From Macrostomum lignano (Eukaryota), in contig NIVC01002080.1 of the NCBI GenBank assembly GCA_002269645.1, forward strand, positions 142,608-206,607: a stretch of 64,000 nt of DNA. Reading direction: 5' to 3'. The translations under genes were made by a program, and so were the position numbers. Within the stretch, counting starts at the first letter, position 1; the number at the start of each line of letters is the position of its first letter. Shown piece after piece: positions 23,568 to 49,226 of this stretch. The notes beneath the pieces are model-generated. The model was not told the DNA's origin and ran no database searches. It worked only from the letters and a program-made list of their open reading frames with translations.

Positions 23568-23765
23568 GGCGCAGAGCAGCTCAGCGGTAGGCGCGCCAGA
23601 CTCTCGCGCCAGACCTCTGGCTTGATTCCACCTTCATTTGGGGCTTGTGTCGCGTGATTCGCAACCATGAGGGCCAGCCCCCCCCCCCAAGGCCCAGAGA
23701 GTGTACATGCCTGACGATTAGACAGTCAGGGCCGCTGTACACCCTGTGTGAGCGTGTCTGTGAGT
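23568..23765 (+). mobile_element. SINE-like family B copy with tRNA-like head
   Basis: AGCTCAGCGGTAG A-box-like and TTGATTCC B-box-like motifs, followed by the body shared with 3929-4050 and 8190-8378. Confidence 0.7.
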
Positions 23766-24324
23766 GCGTGCCTGCGCAACAGCATGTGCTCAGGAGCCAG
23801 CGGAATGGGCAGAGTTGCCTTCAACGCTGGTTGTGGGACGGTGTGCCGCAGCCCTCCTAGAATGATTATCATTTTACTCTAGGGTCACTCATTGGAGGGT
23901 CACTCGGCCTCTGCATCGAGCGTCGGGTAACACGCGAGGTCACCCTAAGACAAATCTATTTTTCTCGTCCAGCAGAATCTCGCGCGCGCAAATCCCAGGA
24001 GAGAATTCGTTCATTGAAAAAAGACAAGCTAAGGGTTTTAATTCTCCTCACTCGCTTTTTCAATACAGACGGCTCTGCCTAATCCAGAGCTGCCACGCAA
24101 ATCCGTTCACCTGGCCTTCCTGACACTCGCTGCTTTTTAGGGCCGTGAGATCGGGTGGGACAGGGGGGCAGGGGACAATGCACTTCAAGCTCCCTGCCCT
24201 GTCCAATCCAGCCATCTCTTGGAAGAATTCTCCAACCCAACCCCCCCTTCCATAGCTTCAACTATCGCGTAAAAGCGGGTCTAGAAGCTTAGAAGCAGCA
24301 GCTTCAGAAGAGAGGAACTCAGCC

Positions 24325-37734
<13,410 letters not shown>

Positions 37735-37748
37735 TGCCCTTCTAGTTA

Positions 37749-37781
37749 GGGTAAACGGCGGGAGTAACTATAACTTTTAAG
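37749..37781 (+). other. Short 28S rRNA-derived fragment (R2/I-PpoI target region)
   Basis: GGGTAAACGGCGGGAGTAACTAT is identical over 23 nt to the conserved eukaryotic LSU segment; no flanking rRNA, so not an rRNA gene. Confidence 0.75.
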
Positions 37782-38689
37782 AGAGAGTAGAATGCTTCGC
37801 CATCTTGTTAGTACAGATTAGCGATGTGAAGTTATATTGAAGTTGAAGTCAACAAAATAGGTTTAAATAATTATAGTAAGGGGGCATTTCACAAGCTCGA
37901 AATTTCACATTGTCAAAAATTCGATCTTGTCAATCAGTTCTGTCTGGTCACAACTTAAACCATTTCGAAAATTTTAAACTTATTCGAGCTTATCAAAGTT
38001 CGCTCCAGTCAAAGGTAACCAGCTTCTACCTTCGTATTAGCAGTCAGTGGTCCTTGTTTTTAGACACAAACACACACCTGACCCACTTCAGCCAATGTAA
38101 CGAATTGAAGGCTGCAATGTACTTTTACTTCAGCTTTTTCTATTTCTAGTTGTCCTTGGCTTATACGTAGAAAAATGCGCTTCATTAACTGAGTTCTCCT
38201 CATCGAGCGAGTGTGAGTTTAAAGAACAGTATTTAATTAAGAATTTTTGTATCGCTAATTGTTATTCAAAATTACAAACTCATTGTAGTACTTTCAGTAG
38301 AGCGTTAAGTACTAAACAAGGAAGATTTACTGTCTGGACATGGCCTATACTCGAAGCTCTTGGACTGAAATGCAGAGAATGAACAAGCCGATTGATAAAG
38401 TATAGCACTATAGTACGCAAAAATTATAATGTATTAACTTTGCCAAGCTGTTGCCATGAACTATAAACCATTGCGTAAAATATAATTAGTTATTTTTCTT
38501 TTAATCACGTAAAAACCTGGCCGTTCAAATGAACTTTTAAAAATTCTTTCATAACTTTTGAAACAGGAATACAATTTAACTGCAATTTATACTAAGTCAT
38601 CTACTTCAAATAGGTCGGTACCGGTTTATTTTTATAAAGATATCACTGTAATTAGAATTGGAACTTTAGAATAAAGTCTATGTCAGACA

Positions 38690-39360
38690 ATCGCATTAAC
38701 TCACATTGGAGTCTGTCAGACAATCGCATGCACTCACATTGGAGTCTATGTGTCAGACAATCGCATGCACTCACATTGGAGTCTGTGTGTCAGACAATCG
38801 CATTGGAGTCTGTGTGTCAGACAATCGCATTGGAGTCTGTGTGTCAGACAATCGCATTGGAGTCTGTGTGTCAGACAATCGCATTGGAGTCTGTGTGTCA
38901 GACAATCGCATTGGAGTCTGTGTGTCAGACACTCGCATTGGAGTCTGTGTGTCAGACACTCGCATTGGAGTCTGTGTGTCAGACACTCGCATTGGAGTCT
39001 GTGTGTCAGACACTCGCATTGGAGTCTGTGTGTCAGGCACTCGCATTGGAGTCTGTGTGTCAGACAATCGCATTGGAGTCTGTGTGTCAGACACTCGCAT
39101 TGGAGTCTGTGTGTCAGACAATCGCATTGGAGTCTGTGTGTCAGACAATCGCATTGGAGTCTGTGTGTCAGACACTCGCATTGGAGTCTGTGTGTCAGAC
39201 AATCGCATTGGAGTCTGTGTGTCAGACACTCGCATTGGAGTCTGTGTCAGACACTCGCATTGGAGTCTGTGTGTCAGACAATCGCATTGGAGTCTGTGTG
39301 TCAGACACTCGCATTGGAGTCTGTGTCAGACACTCGCATTGGAGTCTGTGTGTCAGACAA
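38690..39360. repeat. 27-bp minisatellite (GTCAGACAATCGCATTGGAGTCTGTGT)n
   Basis: About 24 units. Confidence 0.95.
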
Positions 39361-40019
39361 TTGTACTCCTGTTTCGAAGAAAGGAAGCAACGGAAAATAT
39401 TAGTTGAGAAATATAAGGAAAGCTAAAAAAGATAAAATCATTGCTCCCGGCGACTGTTCCAGAGTCCGACATCAATCGGCAGTATGAAGTTTCCGACGCA
39501 AAATCAAAGCCCAAGCCTGATCCACCCAGTGTTGAGCACATCCTGTCAGTCAATCATATTTGGCCGGATCACTGACTGTTCGCTGGTGCTTTCTGTATTC
39601 AAAGTATCAATTTTCAGTAGCTATTTGCAGCATCTTCACTGGCTCCAGTATTCGGTCATAAATCAATCAGGAGTCTTAGTCAGGAAAAGAGCAGCTGATT
39701 GGTTGGTGCCTCTCAACTTTGACGCCATAAAAGGAGCTGAAAATCATTTTTCCATCTCTCTACTCCACTCCTGCGCCTGTTTAACAGTAGCTGAGAACTC
39801 ATCTTTCGAAATAGCAGCACATCGGTGAGTCACCCCTGCAATGATAGATTTAATGAAGGAACTCAACGCTCAACTGCCTATATGGCCCGTTTTTGTTCTT
39901 TCAGAAATGCAAACCCGAACTAGCGACTCTTCCAATTAAAATTATTGCCTTTTAAAAACTTCCCGTGTACAAATTCAACTTTTTGGACTTGTACACGGGA
40001 GCACTTGTACACACAGACA

Positions 40020-40330
40020 ATCATCTTGGCGCCGCAGGCACTCATTTTAACACCGCAGGCACCCATTTTGGCGCCACAGGCACCCATTTTGGCGCCGCAG
40101 GCACCCATTTTGGCGCCGCAGGCACCCATTTTGGCACCGCAGGCTCTCTCATTTTGGCGCCACAGACAGACACTCATTTTGGCGCCACAGACAGACACTC
40201 ATTTTGGCGCCACAGACAGACACTCATTTTGGCGCCACAGACAGACACTCATTTTGGCGCCACAGACAGACACTCATTTTGGCGCCACAGACAGACACTC
40301 ATTTTGGCGCCGAAAGCGCTATATTTTGGC
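40020..40330. repeat. 21/25-bp TTTTGGCGCC-core minisatellite
   Basis: Two adjacent unit types sharing CATTTTGGCGCC. Confidence 0.9.
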
Positions 40331-40946
40331 GCCCTAAAGCAAAATTATTGATTTCCACAACGGGTGACAGGGTGGGGGGGACAAAGCATTGGCATGTCCC
40401 TCCGTAGCTTCTACACTGGGGGACATGTCCCCCTGCCCCCCCCAGCGGTGATGCCACTGTCTGTGATAATACCAGATATATTGATCAGGCAAATATTTTC
40501 TATCGCATCGAAACAGATTTCTCTTGTTAGGGAATAATCAAGCTAAGAAATTTTTTGACTGACTGCTACGGAATTCAATCAAAAATGCACGGAGGCGGCT
40601 TCTGCCAATTTTGCGAAGCCTGCCTCTCTTTTTTCAGGTCCTTCAGTCCGTGTCTGCGCGCCTTAGTCTCGAGTGTTTGCTAAAAATGCATTCGGAGGAA
40701 GCAAAAAAGACAATAAAGCAGCAACAAAAAATCGCTCTCAAAGAAGAAGAGATTTTTAAAGCATTGTAGTCGTTAAAACAAAAAAGCTATTCGAGAGCTT
40801 GTCGTTAAAAGCATTTTCCAGCTACACTCTGTTGGTTTCATTAACGAAAAAGCAGCGCATTGTGCTCTCTCCTGCCGGTAATTCAGATTTCAGTCACTTA
40901 CCATCGCCGCACTGCCTCTCGAACCTTCTGCAGCCCAGGTCGCGCC

Positions 40947-41249
40947 ATGCCCCGACTGCTTGCCGCCTTTCTACTGCTTTCGGCCTGTGCGATTCTGGCC
41001 GCCAACTGCCTGCCGACTTCTCCTCTGTCAGGCCGATTCCAACAGCGGCAGCCTCATCAGCTTAGCCGGAGTCTGGCTGCCGGTGATCAGGCCGACTGGC
41101 TGACGCTCGCCGACGCTCTTCGACTGCGCCAACTGGACAGGCTGGTGGGCGAGTTGCCAGGCGAAGACGCTGGATTTGATGAGGCCCAGCAGGAGAAGCG
41201 CGGCTTTCGAGGCAGCCTGCGATTTGGCTCGAATTTCGGCAAGAAGTGA
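40947..41249 (+). CDS. Neuropeptide precursor (100 aa); predicted amidated peptide GFRGSLRFGSNF-NH2
   Basis: Hydrophobic signal peptide MPRLLAAFLLLSACAILA, acidic spacer, then KR-GFRGSLRFGSNF-G-KK (dibasic flanks plus amidation Gly). Confidence 0.8.
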   Translation: MPRLLAAFLLLSACAILAANCLPTSPLSGRFQQRQPHQLSRSLAAGDQADWLTLADALRLRQLDRLVGELPGEDAGFDEAQQEKRGFRGSLRFGSNFGKK

Positions 41250-43505
41250 GCAACTCCTGGGATTCACGGGGAGATTTTCGGCAAGAAGTGATTGAGCAGT
41301 TCCTGGGATTCACGGGAGAATTTCGGCAAGAAGTGAGCAACTCCTGGGATTCATGGGAGAATTTCGGCAAGAAGTGAGTGAGCAACTCCTGGGATTCATG
41401 GGGAGAATTTCGGCAAGAAGTGAGTGAGAAACTCCTGGGATTCATGGGGAGAATTTCGGCAAGAAGTGATTGAGCAGTTCCTGGGATTCACGGGGAGAAT
41501 TTCGGCAAGAAGTGAGTGAGCAACTCCTGGGATTCATGGGGAGAATTTCGGCAAGAAGTGAGTGAGCAACTCCTGGGATTCACGGGGAGAATTCCGGCAA
41601 GAAGTGAGTGAGCAACTCCTGGGATTCATGGGGAGAATTTCGGCAAGAAGTGAGTGAGAAACTCCTGGGATTCATGGGGAGAATTTCGGCAAGAATTGAT
41701 TGAGCAGTTCCTGGGATTCACGGGGAGAATTTCGGCAAGAAGTGAGTGAGCAACTCCTGGGATTCATGGGAGGTTTTCGGCAAGAAGTGATTGAGCAACT
41801 CCTGGGATTCATGGGGAGAATTTCGGCAAGAAGTGAGCAACTCCTGGGATTCATGGGGAGAATTTCGGCAAGAAGTGAGTGAGCAACTCCTGGGATTCAT
41901 GGGGAGATTTTCGGCAAGAAGTGAGTGAGCAACTCCTGGGATTCATGGGGAGAATTTCGGCAAGAAGTGATTGAGCAGTTCCTGGATTCACGGGGATAAT
42001 TTCGGCAAGAAGTGAGTGAGCAACTCCTGGGATTCATGGGGAGAATTTCGGCAAGAAGTGAGTGAGCAACTCCTGGGATTCACGGGGAGAATTCCGGCAA
42101 GAAGTGAGTGAGCAACTCCTGGGATTCATGGGGAGAATTTCGGCAAGAAGTGAGTGAGCAACTCCTGGGATTCATGGGGAGATTTTCGGCAAGAAGTGAG
42201 TGAGCAACTCCTGGGATTCATGGGGAGATTTTCGGCAAGAAGTGATTGAGCAACTCCTGGGATTCATGGGGAGAATTTCGGCAAGAAGTGATTGAGCAGT
42301 TCCTGGGATTCACGGGGAGAATTTCGGCAAGAAGTGAGTGAGCAACTCCTGGGATTCATGGGGAGATTTTCGGCAAGAAGTGATTGAGCAGTTCCTGGGA
42401 TTCACGGGGAGTATTTCGGCAAGAAGTGAGTGAGCAACTCCTGGGATTCATGGGGAGATTTTCGGCAAGAAGTGATTGAGAAACTCCTGGGATTCATGGG
42501 GAGAATTTCGGCAAGAAGTGATTGAGCAGTTCCTGGGATTCACGGGGAGAATTTCGGCAAGAAGTGAGTGAGCAACTCCTGGGATTCATGGGGAGATTTT
42601 CGGCAAGAAGTGAGTGAGCAACTCCTGGGATTCATGGGGAGATTTTCGGCAAGAAGTGAGTGAGCAACTCCTGGGATTCACGGGGAGAATTCCGGCAAGA
42701 AGTGAGTGAGAAACTCCTGGTATTCATGGGGAGAATTTCGGCAAGAAGTGAGTGAGCAACTCCTGGGATTCACGGGGAGAATTCCGGCAAGAAGTGAGTG
42801 AGCAACTCCTGGGATTCATGGGGAGATTTTCGGCAAGAAGTGATTGAGAAACTCCTGGGATTCATGGGGAGAATTTCGGCAAGAAGTGATTGAGCAGTTC
42901 CTGGGATTCACGGGGAGAATTTCGGCAAGAAGTGAGTGAGCAACTCCTGGGATTCATGGGGAGATTTTCGGCAAGAAGTGAGTGAGCAACTCCTGGGATT
43001 CATGGGGAGATTTTCGGCAAGAAGTGAGTGAGCAACTCCTGGGATTCACGGGGAGAATTCCGGCAAGAAGTGAGTGAGAAACTCCTGGTATTCATGGGGA
43101 GAATTTCGGCAAGAAGTGAGTGAGCAACTCCTGGGATTCACGGGGAGAATTTCGGTAAGAAGTGAGTGAGCAACTCCTGGAATTCATGGGGAGATTTTCG
43201 GCAAGAAGTGAGTGAGCAACTCCTGGGATTCACGGGGAGAATTTCGGCAAGAAGTGAGCAACTCCTGGGATTCACGGGGAGAATTTCGGCAAGAAGTGAG
43301 TGAGCAACTCCTGGGATTCACGGGAGAATTTCGGCAAGAAGTGAGTGAGCAACTCCTGGGATTCACGGGGAGAATTTCGGCAAGAAGTGAGCAACTCCTG
43401 GGATTCACGGGGAGAATTTCGGCAAGAAGTGAGTGAGCAACTCCTGGGATTCACGGGGAGAATTTCGGCAAGAAGTGAGTGAGCAACTCCTGGGATTCAT
43501 GGGGA
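41232..43505. repeat. 46-bp minisatellite (GAGAATTTCGGCAAGAAGTGAGTGAGCAACTCCTGGGATTCATGGG)n starting inside the neuropeptide ORF end
   Basis: About 49 units; the first unit supplies the codons for NFGKK-stop. Confidence 0.95.
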
Positions 43506-44504
43506 GAAGCAAGAAGCCAATCTTGTCAAGTAACATCCTTCAACAGACTAATTTGAAGTCCTAGCTAGAAAGGCCTATTTGAAATTCAAATTGAACCTTT
43601 TTCATTAAAGTGACTGTGCTGCATAGTTTCTATGGAGTGTCAACAACCACGAGGTCGTATAAACTACTCTAGCGTTAAAATCTAATCTATCCTCGTAGCT
43701 AATCTGATTCGAAAGCAGTTCGAAAAAAGAGCTGTGGTAATTGCAACACAATTTTATCTTTGAATTCCAACTAGGGCGTGGCACAATAGCTATTGTGTAA
43801 ACAAGCTTGAATGAATGATGTAGGTTTAAGGCGGGTGCATTGAAATTTCTGTTACAATCGATATTTTAATTCATTTTGTTCCCACACCCTGTCCCCTCTG
43901 CAATTTCAGGTAGATTGATGATTGCTTGGAGCTCAAAATTCTAACAAGTGGGCGTCTACAAAAACTAAAAAGGAAACTAAGAACTGATCTGAACTGCCCA
44001 GCAATGTTTAAAAATGGTTTTCTAGTGGCTGCCAACCCCATCCCCGTATCAATTACTACAACTTAAGCGGGTGTTTAATTAGCAGGATTTAAATAAACAA
44101 AATGAAACAGAAGAGACGCAATTAATTGTTCAGTTTGAAAAGTCCGGAAAATTTATTGCAATAAAGTCGGATGCCAATTCCGATGAAGAGTTTTTACATC
44201 TGCTTTTTTAATTTACCGTTAGAGTTGATCGCTGATCGCAAATGAATGGTTGAAAATTTGACGTACGTACTGTATGATACTGTATGATACTGTATGATAC
44301 TGTATGATACTGTATGATACAGCAGTATGTCATATTGAATGTTATTTTTTAGCCATGAGCTTGTTTTGTGTAATCAAAAACAAAACGGGAGAGTTTCACA
44401 AAGCACTAAATATTTTATGCAAAAGCTCGAATCTTCACAAGCTAAACGCTCAAAACTTCACCAAGGACCACTGCAATTGGCCATATACAGTGGTCCTTGA
44501 ACTT

Positions 44505-44890
44505 CCACGCTCAAAACTTCACACGCTCAAAACTTCACCCGCTCAAAACTTCACCCGCTCAAAACTTCACACGCTCAAAACTTCACCCGCTCAAAACTGC
44601 ACCCGCTCAAAACTTCACCCGCTCAAAACTGCACCCGCTCAAAACTTCACCCGCTCAAAACTTCACCCGCTCAAAACTGCACCCGCTCAAAACTTCACCC
44701 GCTCAAAACTTCACCCGCTCAAAACTTCACCTGCTCAAAACTTCACCCGCTCAAAACTTCACCCGCTCAAAACTTCACCCGCTCAAAACTTTACCCGCTC
44801 AAAACTTCACCCGCTCAAAACTTCACACGCTCGAAACTTCACCCGCTCGAAACTTCGTGCACAAGCTCAAAACTTCACAAGCTCGAAACT
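44505..44890. repeat. 16-bp minisatellite (GCTCAAAACTTCACCC)n; 10-bp (TGTATGATAC)n nearby at 44275-44320
   Basis: About 24 units; isolated monomers near 44447 and 45993. Confidence 0.93.
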
Positions 44891-46899
44891 TCATATTCTT
44901 CGAAAGTAGTACGAGAAAGTTTTTGGTTTCTATTTGCTTTTTAAGCTGCTCTTGCGAGTAATTTCTGTTGGGATTTATAAATCCGAAAAAATCTGCAGAT
45001 TCAGATTTGTCGTAGTTTTTGTAAAGCCAATGCGAAACAATATTGAATCTCGAGGCTAATCGCTTTCCCCTGTTCACGAGTTTCTTGGTTTTCGAACTTA
45101 CAAGCTTAAAACTCGCATTAATTACCCGAGTCTGCTCACCGGGTGCTCAGCCAATTGCCAATCGGCGGCAGATTATATGAATGTGACCGACAACATTCTT
45201 CGACGAATTTACATGTAACCGCGCGGACTACTCAGGTAGTTAGAAAGGGCTACTTAAATAAGGGGTCGGGAAACGGCCTAAGTCATGGTGATAAAAGCTT
45301 TAAACCTGAATGTACGACATTTACAGTTCGATTTTCTAACTCAGAGTCAAGACAATGCTGGTGAACGAGACACATGCACATTTACGATGCATATACACAC
45401 TCATCTTCCACTCTTCTTCTTTTTACAACTCTTCCACTCAAAGCATAAGCTATTTCAATAAAATATTGAATTAAGATAGAGATTACACAAATGTACTACC
45501 AGTTTAAAGTAAAGCTAAAGTGAGTTAATTTAATTTGCTTTATTGAACATGCCACGTCTACATGCATGTAGTACATGTACATGGATTACTTAAGCAGGAA
45601 GAATAAGAAGAAGAAGAAATCGATAGCTGGAATTTGAGACGAAGACAGCATTGGTCAACAGACTTCGTGGTTTGATCTATGTCATGAAGCACTGGAATAT
45701 TCCGCGAATACATGTGCCAACGGAATTCTAATCAACATTTTGAAGGCAAGATATCTGCGTTATGTCAAATTTGGATGACCAGATAGGAGCCACGTGCTGA
45801 TTCGTAACGTATGCGAGCAGAAAATTTACTTTACATTAAGCTTTTGTTTTGTAAAATTTATACAGTTGATATAACGAAGCGTTTGCAAATATCGCGTTTT
45901 GTTTGAATCGTGACATTTGAAAATAACAGTTTCCACGACGCCTGAATTCTCCTTACGTTGCGGAGAGGTATCGTAAAACAGAAGCGTGCTCACGCTCGAA
46001 ACTTCACGCTAGGCCGAAAAAATGCCGGTTTATTATTATAAACTGTAAACTTCGCATTGTCCAAAAGTAGTACTGGAAAGTTTTTAAAGTTGTAGAAGTG
46101 GTAATTTTTAATTAATTAGCAATTTGATGTTTACTTTTCTCCATCTTATTTATAGCTAGCATTTGTATAATTATAATCTCATTTTCATTTCATCCTGTTA
46201 TGTTCTGTGCCTGTATTCTGTTTTGATATTTTTATCATCAAACAAAACATATTGTCAAGTCTTTATTCTTTGTTATCCTATTTTTTATTTAATATTGTCA
46301 CTTTTCTTAAAAATGTTTTTTATATTTTAAAAAATTGAGATTGTAGCTAAAAATGTTGCGACTTGCATCTGTATTGTGTATCTGCCTAGAGAATTCGATC
46401 TCAGTCTAAATTTGGTTGATTGTCTTTTCTGCCTCTAGTCTTTCTTAAAATAATATAGCAAAAATCAATGTATTAACTAATTGTTCTTTTTAAATTAAAT
46501 TGTTTTATATTTTTATTTAATTATTATTGGTAACTAGTTTTTAGGTCCTAACTATAACTTATTAAAGCTATGCTGCAAAATTAAAAGCTATATTGCAAAT
46601 TTTATAATGGAAATATCATAGCTATATTATAGAGTAGGCTTAAATATAAACTTTTTATTGATAGGCTAGCATTAACTATTTTTAATATTATTAGTCTATT
46701 AACTCAGTCTTCACTGAGTTTTATCTCCTTTATTCATTGAATCAAAGTAAGGTATTACAAAAATCAAAATTGCAAATAAAAACTTTTTAAAGTTAAGACC
46801 TAATTCTAAGTCTATTTAGCAATTTATATCTTTATAAGAAATTTATCTAATAATTATTATACTCTATTTTGATTTAAACTTCAGAACATTTCCTTCCTG

Positions 46900-48659
46900 A
46901 TGCAATCAGCACTAATTGCAATACTGGGTGTAATGTTTCATCTGCTGGCCATGGCCACAGCTGAAGTTGTATTTTATCCTGAGCTGAAATCATCTGGCTG
47001 CGAATGGTCTGAATGGCAGTGCAAGGAGCATCAGACAGAATGCATCCTTTTTAGAGAGAAGAATTGCTCTTCCTTCATTCTGCGAGAGTATGATCAACTT
47101 CGCCAGGGAGTTAAAGGCATAAGTTGCAGATCCCAGTACTCATTCAACTGTCTGTCTGAACCCCGATTCTTGTCATACACCAGCTTCCATCCGATGTGGT
47201 GCTCTTGGCAGAGCTGGCAGTTTTGGAGCTACGCCTGCATCGATGCCATTTTAGAAAAACACTCCTGGCTCTCCAGCGCTCTGTCGGAGTATAAGCGTGA
47301 GCTTAATGAACTTCTCTTTTTAGTTCGTGAGTAACTAGTGACTGAGTTTGTGGCTCAGTTCATGAGTGAGATTATGAGTGAGCTTATGGGTAAGTTTATT
47401 AGTGAATGAGTTTGCGAGTGAGATCATGAGTGAGTTTATGGGTAAGTTTATTAGTGAATGAGTTTGCGAGTGAGATCATGAGTGAGTTTATGGGTAAGTT
47501 TATCAGTGAATGAGTTTGTGAATGAGTTCATGAGTGAGTTTATGGGTAAGTTTATCAGTGAATGAGTTTGCGAATGAGTTCATGAGTGAGTTTATGGGTA
47601 AGTTTATCAGTGAATGAGTTTGCGAATGAGTTCATGAGTGAGTTTATGGGTAAGTTTATCAGTGAATGAGTTTGCGAATGAGTTCATGAGTGAGTTTATG
47701 GGTAAGTTTATCAGTGAATGAGTTTGCGAATGAGTTCATGAGTGAGTTTATGGGTAATTTTATCAGTGAATGAGTTTGCGAATGAGTTCATGAGTGAGTT
47801 TATGGGTAAGTTTATCAGTGGATGAGTTTGCGAATGAGTTTATGAGTGAGTTTGTGGGTAAGTTTATCAGTGAATGAGTTTGCGAATGAGTTCATGAGTG
47901 AGTTTGTGGGTAAGTTTATCAGTGAATGAGTTTGCGAGTGAGTTCATGAGTGAGTTTGTGGGTAAGTTTATCAGTGAATGAGTTTGCGAGTGAGTTCATG
48001 AGTAAGCTTATGAGTGAGTTCATGGGTGAGTTCATGAATACGAGTGTGATGAGGGTTCATGAGCCCATACGTCCATGAGTTGAAGATAATCTGATAAGAG
48101 TTAATAAGTCATTGGTGAGCATGATCAGAATTTACAAGTGAACCAGGAAAACGATTATTTTGCAGACATCAACAACGGCTCCCTGTGGCTGAGACAGCGC
48201 AGCCGGCACTGCCGCTGTCCCAAAGGCAGATACGGCACCCAGTGCTCCGGCCCCAGTCAGCAGGTGGCCTTCACGCCGCGGACCGCCGATCTCGCAGTGA
48301 ACGGCGAGCTGCTGATCCCCGCTAGCCGTCAGTCGGCCTGGTGCCCCTGGTCCGCCTGGTCCGACGACTGCAGCTGCTTGTCGCAGATAGCGACTTGGGT
48401 GAAAAAACGTCGCAAACGAGTCTGTCAATTTGGCACGCCAACAGCGTCTGGCTGCAGCGGCTCCGCCATCGACACTCAACTGTGCTGGTGCGAACCCAGG
48501 CTCTCGAGTTCGTCGTCAACTACGCCGAAAAGAAATTCGAAAACGGATCTGGGACTAATATTTAGCAAGCCGATGTTAATAATGGTGTCCATTCCGCTGG
48601 GTGTGCTGCTCTGCCTGTGCTGCATCTGTCGGGCAACTCGACGGAGTGACCGGCTGTGA
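46900..48659 (+). CDS. Type I membrane protein with TSP1-like WSxW motifs and an EGF-like module; exons 46900-47326 and 48139-48659
   Basis: Signal peptide; CEWSEWQC, WCSWQSW, CRCPKGRYGTQC, WCPWSAWSDDCSC..RRKRVC..C.G; TM LIMVSIPLGVLLCLCCIC; short basic tail. C|GTGAGT donor and ACAAG acceptor, phase 1. Confidence 0.8.
47345..48035. repeat. 52-bp minisatellite rich in GTGAGT/GTAAGT in the TSP1-gene intron
   Basis: Period 52 (CATGAGTGAG at 47581 and 47633). Confidence 0.93.
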
Positions 48660-48714
48660 GTGCGCTCCTTTTTGCGCTGAGTAGAATGCATGAGGGGGCT
48701 TCTGGGACAAAATT

Positions 48715-49110
48715 TTTCACCTCCATAATCCACCTAAATCCATCCATATTATCCCTGACAGAATCAGAAAAAAAGGGGGGTCGCACCTGCTCACAAAACA
48801 TCGTCCATAATCCCATTAAATCCATCCATATTATCCCTGACAGAATCAGAAAAAAAGGGGGTCGCACTCGCTAACAAAACGTCCTCCATAATCCACCTAA
48901 ATCCATCCACATTATCCCTGACAGAATCAGAAAAAAAGGGTAGGGGTCGCACTTGATCTCAAAACGTCCTCCATAATCCCATTAAATCCATCCATATTAT
49001 CCCTGACAGAATCAGAGCATAACAGGTGTCCTACTTGTTCCGAAAACTTCAAACATAATCCCATTATAATCCACTGACATCCACCCATAGCATCTCTAAA
49101 ACAATCAGAA
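48715..49110. repeat. ~82-bp tandem repeat (4 copies plus a degenerate fifth) at the left flank of the Polinton
   Basis: ATCCCTGACAGAATCAGA at 48751, 48833, 48914, 48999. Confidence 0.88.
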
Positions 49111-49226
49111 AATAATCTGCATTCTTCTCCCCACATTCAATCCGCAACGTGCTACCAGATCCCTAAGACTTTAAATTATCAGCGCAGGGTGCTCATCCTC
49201 CGAAAAAATCTAAATTCTCAATAAAA

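Noticed and set aside
37749-37781. rRNA gene
   Set aside because: Only ~23-30 nt match 28S and the flanks are not rRNA.
48715-49110. Repeat-spacer-like look of the 82-bp array (CRISPR?)
   Set aside because: The variable parts are homologous to each other, the context is eukaryotic and there are no cas genes; the same applies to all other arrays.
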